A stretch of 64,000 nt of DNA from Malacoraja senta (taxonomy: Eukaryota), in the NCBI GenBank assembly GCA_038087875.1, contig JAXLNO010001025.1, positions 62,001-126,000 on the forward strand, read 5' to 3'. Made by a program: the position numbers and the translations under genes. Shown one piece after another: positions 61,520-64,000 of the stretch (the first letter of the stretch is position 1; each line of letters starts with the position of its first letter). Under the pieces are notes generated by a model that was not told the origin of the DNA, ran no database searches, and saw only the letters and a program-made list of their open reading frames with translations.

Positions 61520-64000
61520 AGTGGTCAAAAGATCACACCAGCACTTCCCCGACCTCAGGCCCGTCCTGCGCTGACCTCAGGGTCAGGGGTCAGCTGAGGG
61601 GTGTTATAGGGGTGTCAGAGTGAATGGCTTCCCCGAGATCACGACCACCCTGGTATCCTGAACTAGGCCAGAGTCAGAGGTGAAGTGGTGGGGGTCAAGG
61701 TTAAAAGGTTGGGCTTCCCCGACTGGTCAGGTGTCAGTCTGAATGTGAAAGGTCAGGGGTCAGCAGGTGTTGCAGTGAGTTTGGGGGTGGTTTCGGGGTT
61801 GAGGGTCGCTGCCGAGGTGAGAGGTCAGTGCGGGGGAGGGGCAGTTGTAACCGGTTCCACTGAGGAATAAAGGCCATTCACCCATCAGCTGTCTACTGTC
61901 TCGTTCACACTCGCTCCACCAAGCCGATCATACTCTTCAAAGCTGAGCAACCATTTCTTAACAAGCAACACCAACTGCAAAGTCCATGCAGATTCAGATT
62001 CCATGGAAAGGTCATAAGAGATGGGAGCTGAATTAGGACATTCGGCCCATCAAGTCTACTCCGTCATTCAATCACGGCTGGTCTATCTTTCCCTTTCAAC
62101 ACCATTCTCCTGCCTACTCCTCATAACCCCTGACATCCGTTCTAATCAAGAATTTATTTATCTCTGCCTAAAAAATGCCGTTGACTTGGCCTCCATGGCC
62201 GTCTGTGGCAATGAGTCCCACAGATTCACCACCCTCTGACTAAATAAATTCCTCCTCATCTCCTTCCTAAAGGAACGTCCTTTCACTATCTCCCTCTAGT
62301 GGAAACATTGCGAAAGTGGCCTTTCACAAAGTAATGTAAATTTATTAAAGACGGATCAAACAAAGTTAGACACAAAAATCTGGAGTATCTCAGAGGGACA
62401 GGAAGTATCTCTGGAGAGAAGGAATGGGGGATGTTTCAGGTCGAGACCCTTCCTCAGACAGTCGGGAGAGGGTCTCGACCTGAAACATCACCCATTCCAG
62501 AGATGCTACCTGTCCTGCTGGGTTACTCCAGCATTTTGTGTCAATCTTCGGTGCCCTGAGCTGGTTCATCTCCTACCTCAAAGGTAGGAGTTTCTCGACT
62601 AACATAGGCAACTCTTTCTCCTCCCCAGCTAATCTCTGCTGTGGGGTTCCACAAGGTTCCATCCTTGGCCCAATTCTCTTCTCCCTGTATATGCTCCCCT
62701 TAGGCCAAGTCATTGAAAGGCACGGCATTTCCTTCCATTGCTACGCAGATGATACACAACTCTATCTCCCCCTGAAGCCCAAAAACCAATCAAATCTGCT
62801 TAACCTTACCCGCTGCCTCGAGGATATAAAGTGTTGGATGGCCCAGAACTTCAACCAACTAAACGAGAGTAAGTCTGAGGTCATCCTTCTCAGCCCCTCG
62901 GATTCAATCAAAATGATAGCAGGCAGCCTTGGAAGCCATACCCCACTACTCAAACCTCACGTCAAAAACCTTGGCGTGATATTTGACTCAGCACTGAAAT
63001 TTGACAAACAAGTCAATTCCGTGGTAAAAGCTAGCTTCTTTCAGCTTCGGACGATAGCTAAAATAAAACAATTCCTCCAGTTTGATGACCTTGAAAAGAT
63101 CATCCACACATTCATCTCCTCCCGCCTAGATTACTGCAACTCCCTTTACACTGGCATCAGCCAATCTTCCCTGTCCCGCCTGCAACTGGTCCAAAACGCC
63201 GCAGCGAGACTCCTGACGGGCACCCGAAAAAGGGACCACATCACCCCGATCCTGGCCTCTCTCCACTGGCTCCCTGTGCGGTTCCGTACAAACTTCAAGA
63301 TCCTCCTCCATGTCTACAAAGCCCTCAATGGGCTTGCCCCCACCTACATAAAAAGTCTTCTCACCCACCACTCCACCTCCAGGCCCCTCAGATCGGCCGA
63401 CTTGGGGTTGCTGAATATCCCACGGTCTAGGCATAAGCTCAGGGGTGACCGCACCTTTGCGGTTGCAGCCCCTAGACTGTGGAACAGCATCCCCTTTCCC
63501 ATCAGAACTGCCCCCTCCATCGACTCTTTTAAGTCAAGACTAAAAACGTATCCTGATGTCCTCTGAGTGTGGGCTACATGTATATATGTATGTAGTTTGT
63601 TTTGTTTATGCTATTCTTATAACAAATGTAAAGCACTTTGGCCAACGAGAGTTGTTTTTTAAATGTGCTATATAAATAAATGTGACTTGACTTGACTTGA
63701 CTAAACCAACATCTTCAGCTCACATTGCCCAGAGCAAACAAACATAATTGGTGCCCTCCCCTAATTCCCCATTTGATGGTGCCCTCCTCTAATTCACCAT
63801 TGTAGGGAAACAGGCCCTTCTGCCCTCCAAGTGCACGCTGACCATAGTTTTTGTAAATTGCACTGGTGTGCAGGGAATAGATAAGAAAGGGGAATAACCT
63901 AGTTAGCTTAGGTTAACGTACACCCGTTGAGTTAAAGTCACCCGTTGGCTGACTTTCTTAACTCCAAAAGTGATTGTCGAGCATACTGAATGTGTGAAAG
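61520..64000 (+). repeat. Segmental duplication block X, matching 4541-7033
   Basis: Colinear high identity, including the 342-aa L2 ORF fragments at 5571-6599 and 62538-63566. Confidence 0.93.
62547..63702 (+). mobile_element. Duplicate of the L2-type fragment
   Basis: 342-aa ORF nearly identical to 5571-6599. Confidence 0.9.

Noticed and set aside
56836-64000. Expected location of V-D-J and the first C exons
   Set aside because: No V framework (YYC, WxRQ) or J (WGxG) motifs were found. The region is duplicated flank, TM2/UTR and TE sequence.

Overview
Cartilaginous-fish genomic DNA (probably skate or ray, judged from the Ig exons and the HE1-type V-SINE and CR1 repeats), with two assembly gaps (1204-1342, 19775-20076). 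The main feature is a minus-strand immunoglobulin heavy-chain constant region, most likely IgW (IgX-long); IgNAR cannot be excluded because no V/D/J segments are in the window. In transcription order the exons are: a 5'-truncated C exon (56737-56835), C (51117-51434), C (49798-50118), terminal C plus secretory tailpiece (46395-46780, polyA signal 46097), then four more intact C exons forming a tandemly duplicated pair (41306-41608, 40525-40842, 39213-39515, 38477-38794), a second polyA-like site (36111), TM1 (33682-33821) and a probable TM2 encoding VQQ-stop (29600-29611). Having extra C exons between the secretory exon and the TM exons is the most unusual observation. The TM2/3'UTR block and its flank occur three times (about 14.0-18.9, 20.1-29.7 and 56.8-61.4 kb), consistent with fragments of a duplicated Ig minilocus array. 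The third copy joins the gene in the middle of an exon, which is either a real deletion or a misassembly. The rest is transposon-derived: a full-length L1 with intact ORF2 whose empty site is also in the window, a structurally complete DIRS1 element, a near full-length LINE with an L1-type ORF1 and 59-bp flanking repeats, CR1, L2 and Rex1-type fragments, Harbinger-like MITEs, and many Penelope-derived repeats carrying minimal hammerhead-ribozyme-like cores. All comparisons were made by eye or from recalled family knowledge; no searches were run.
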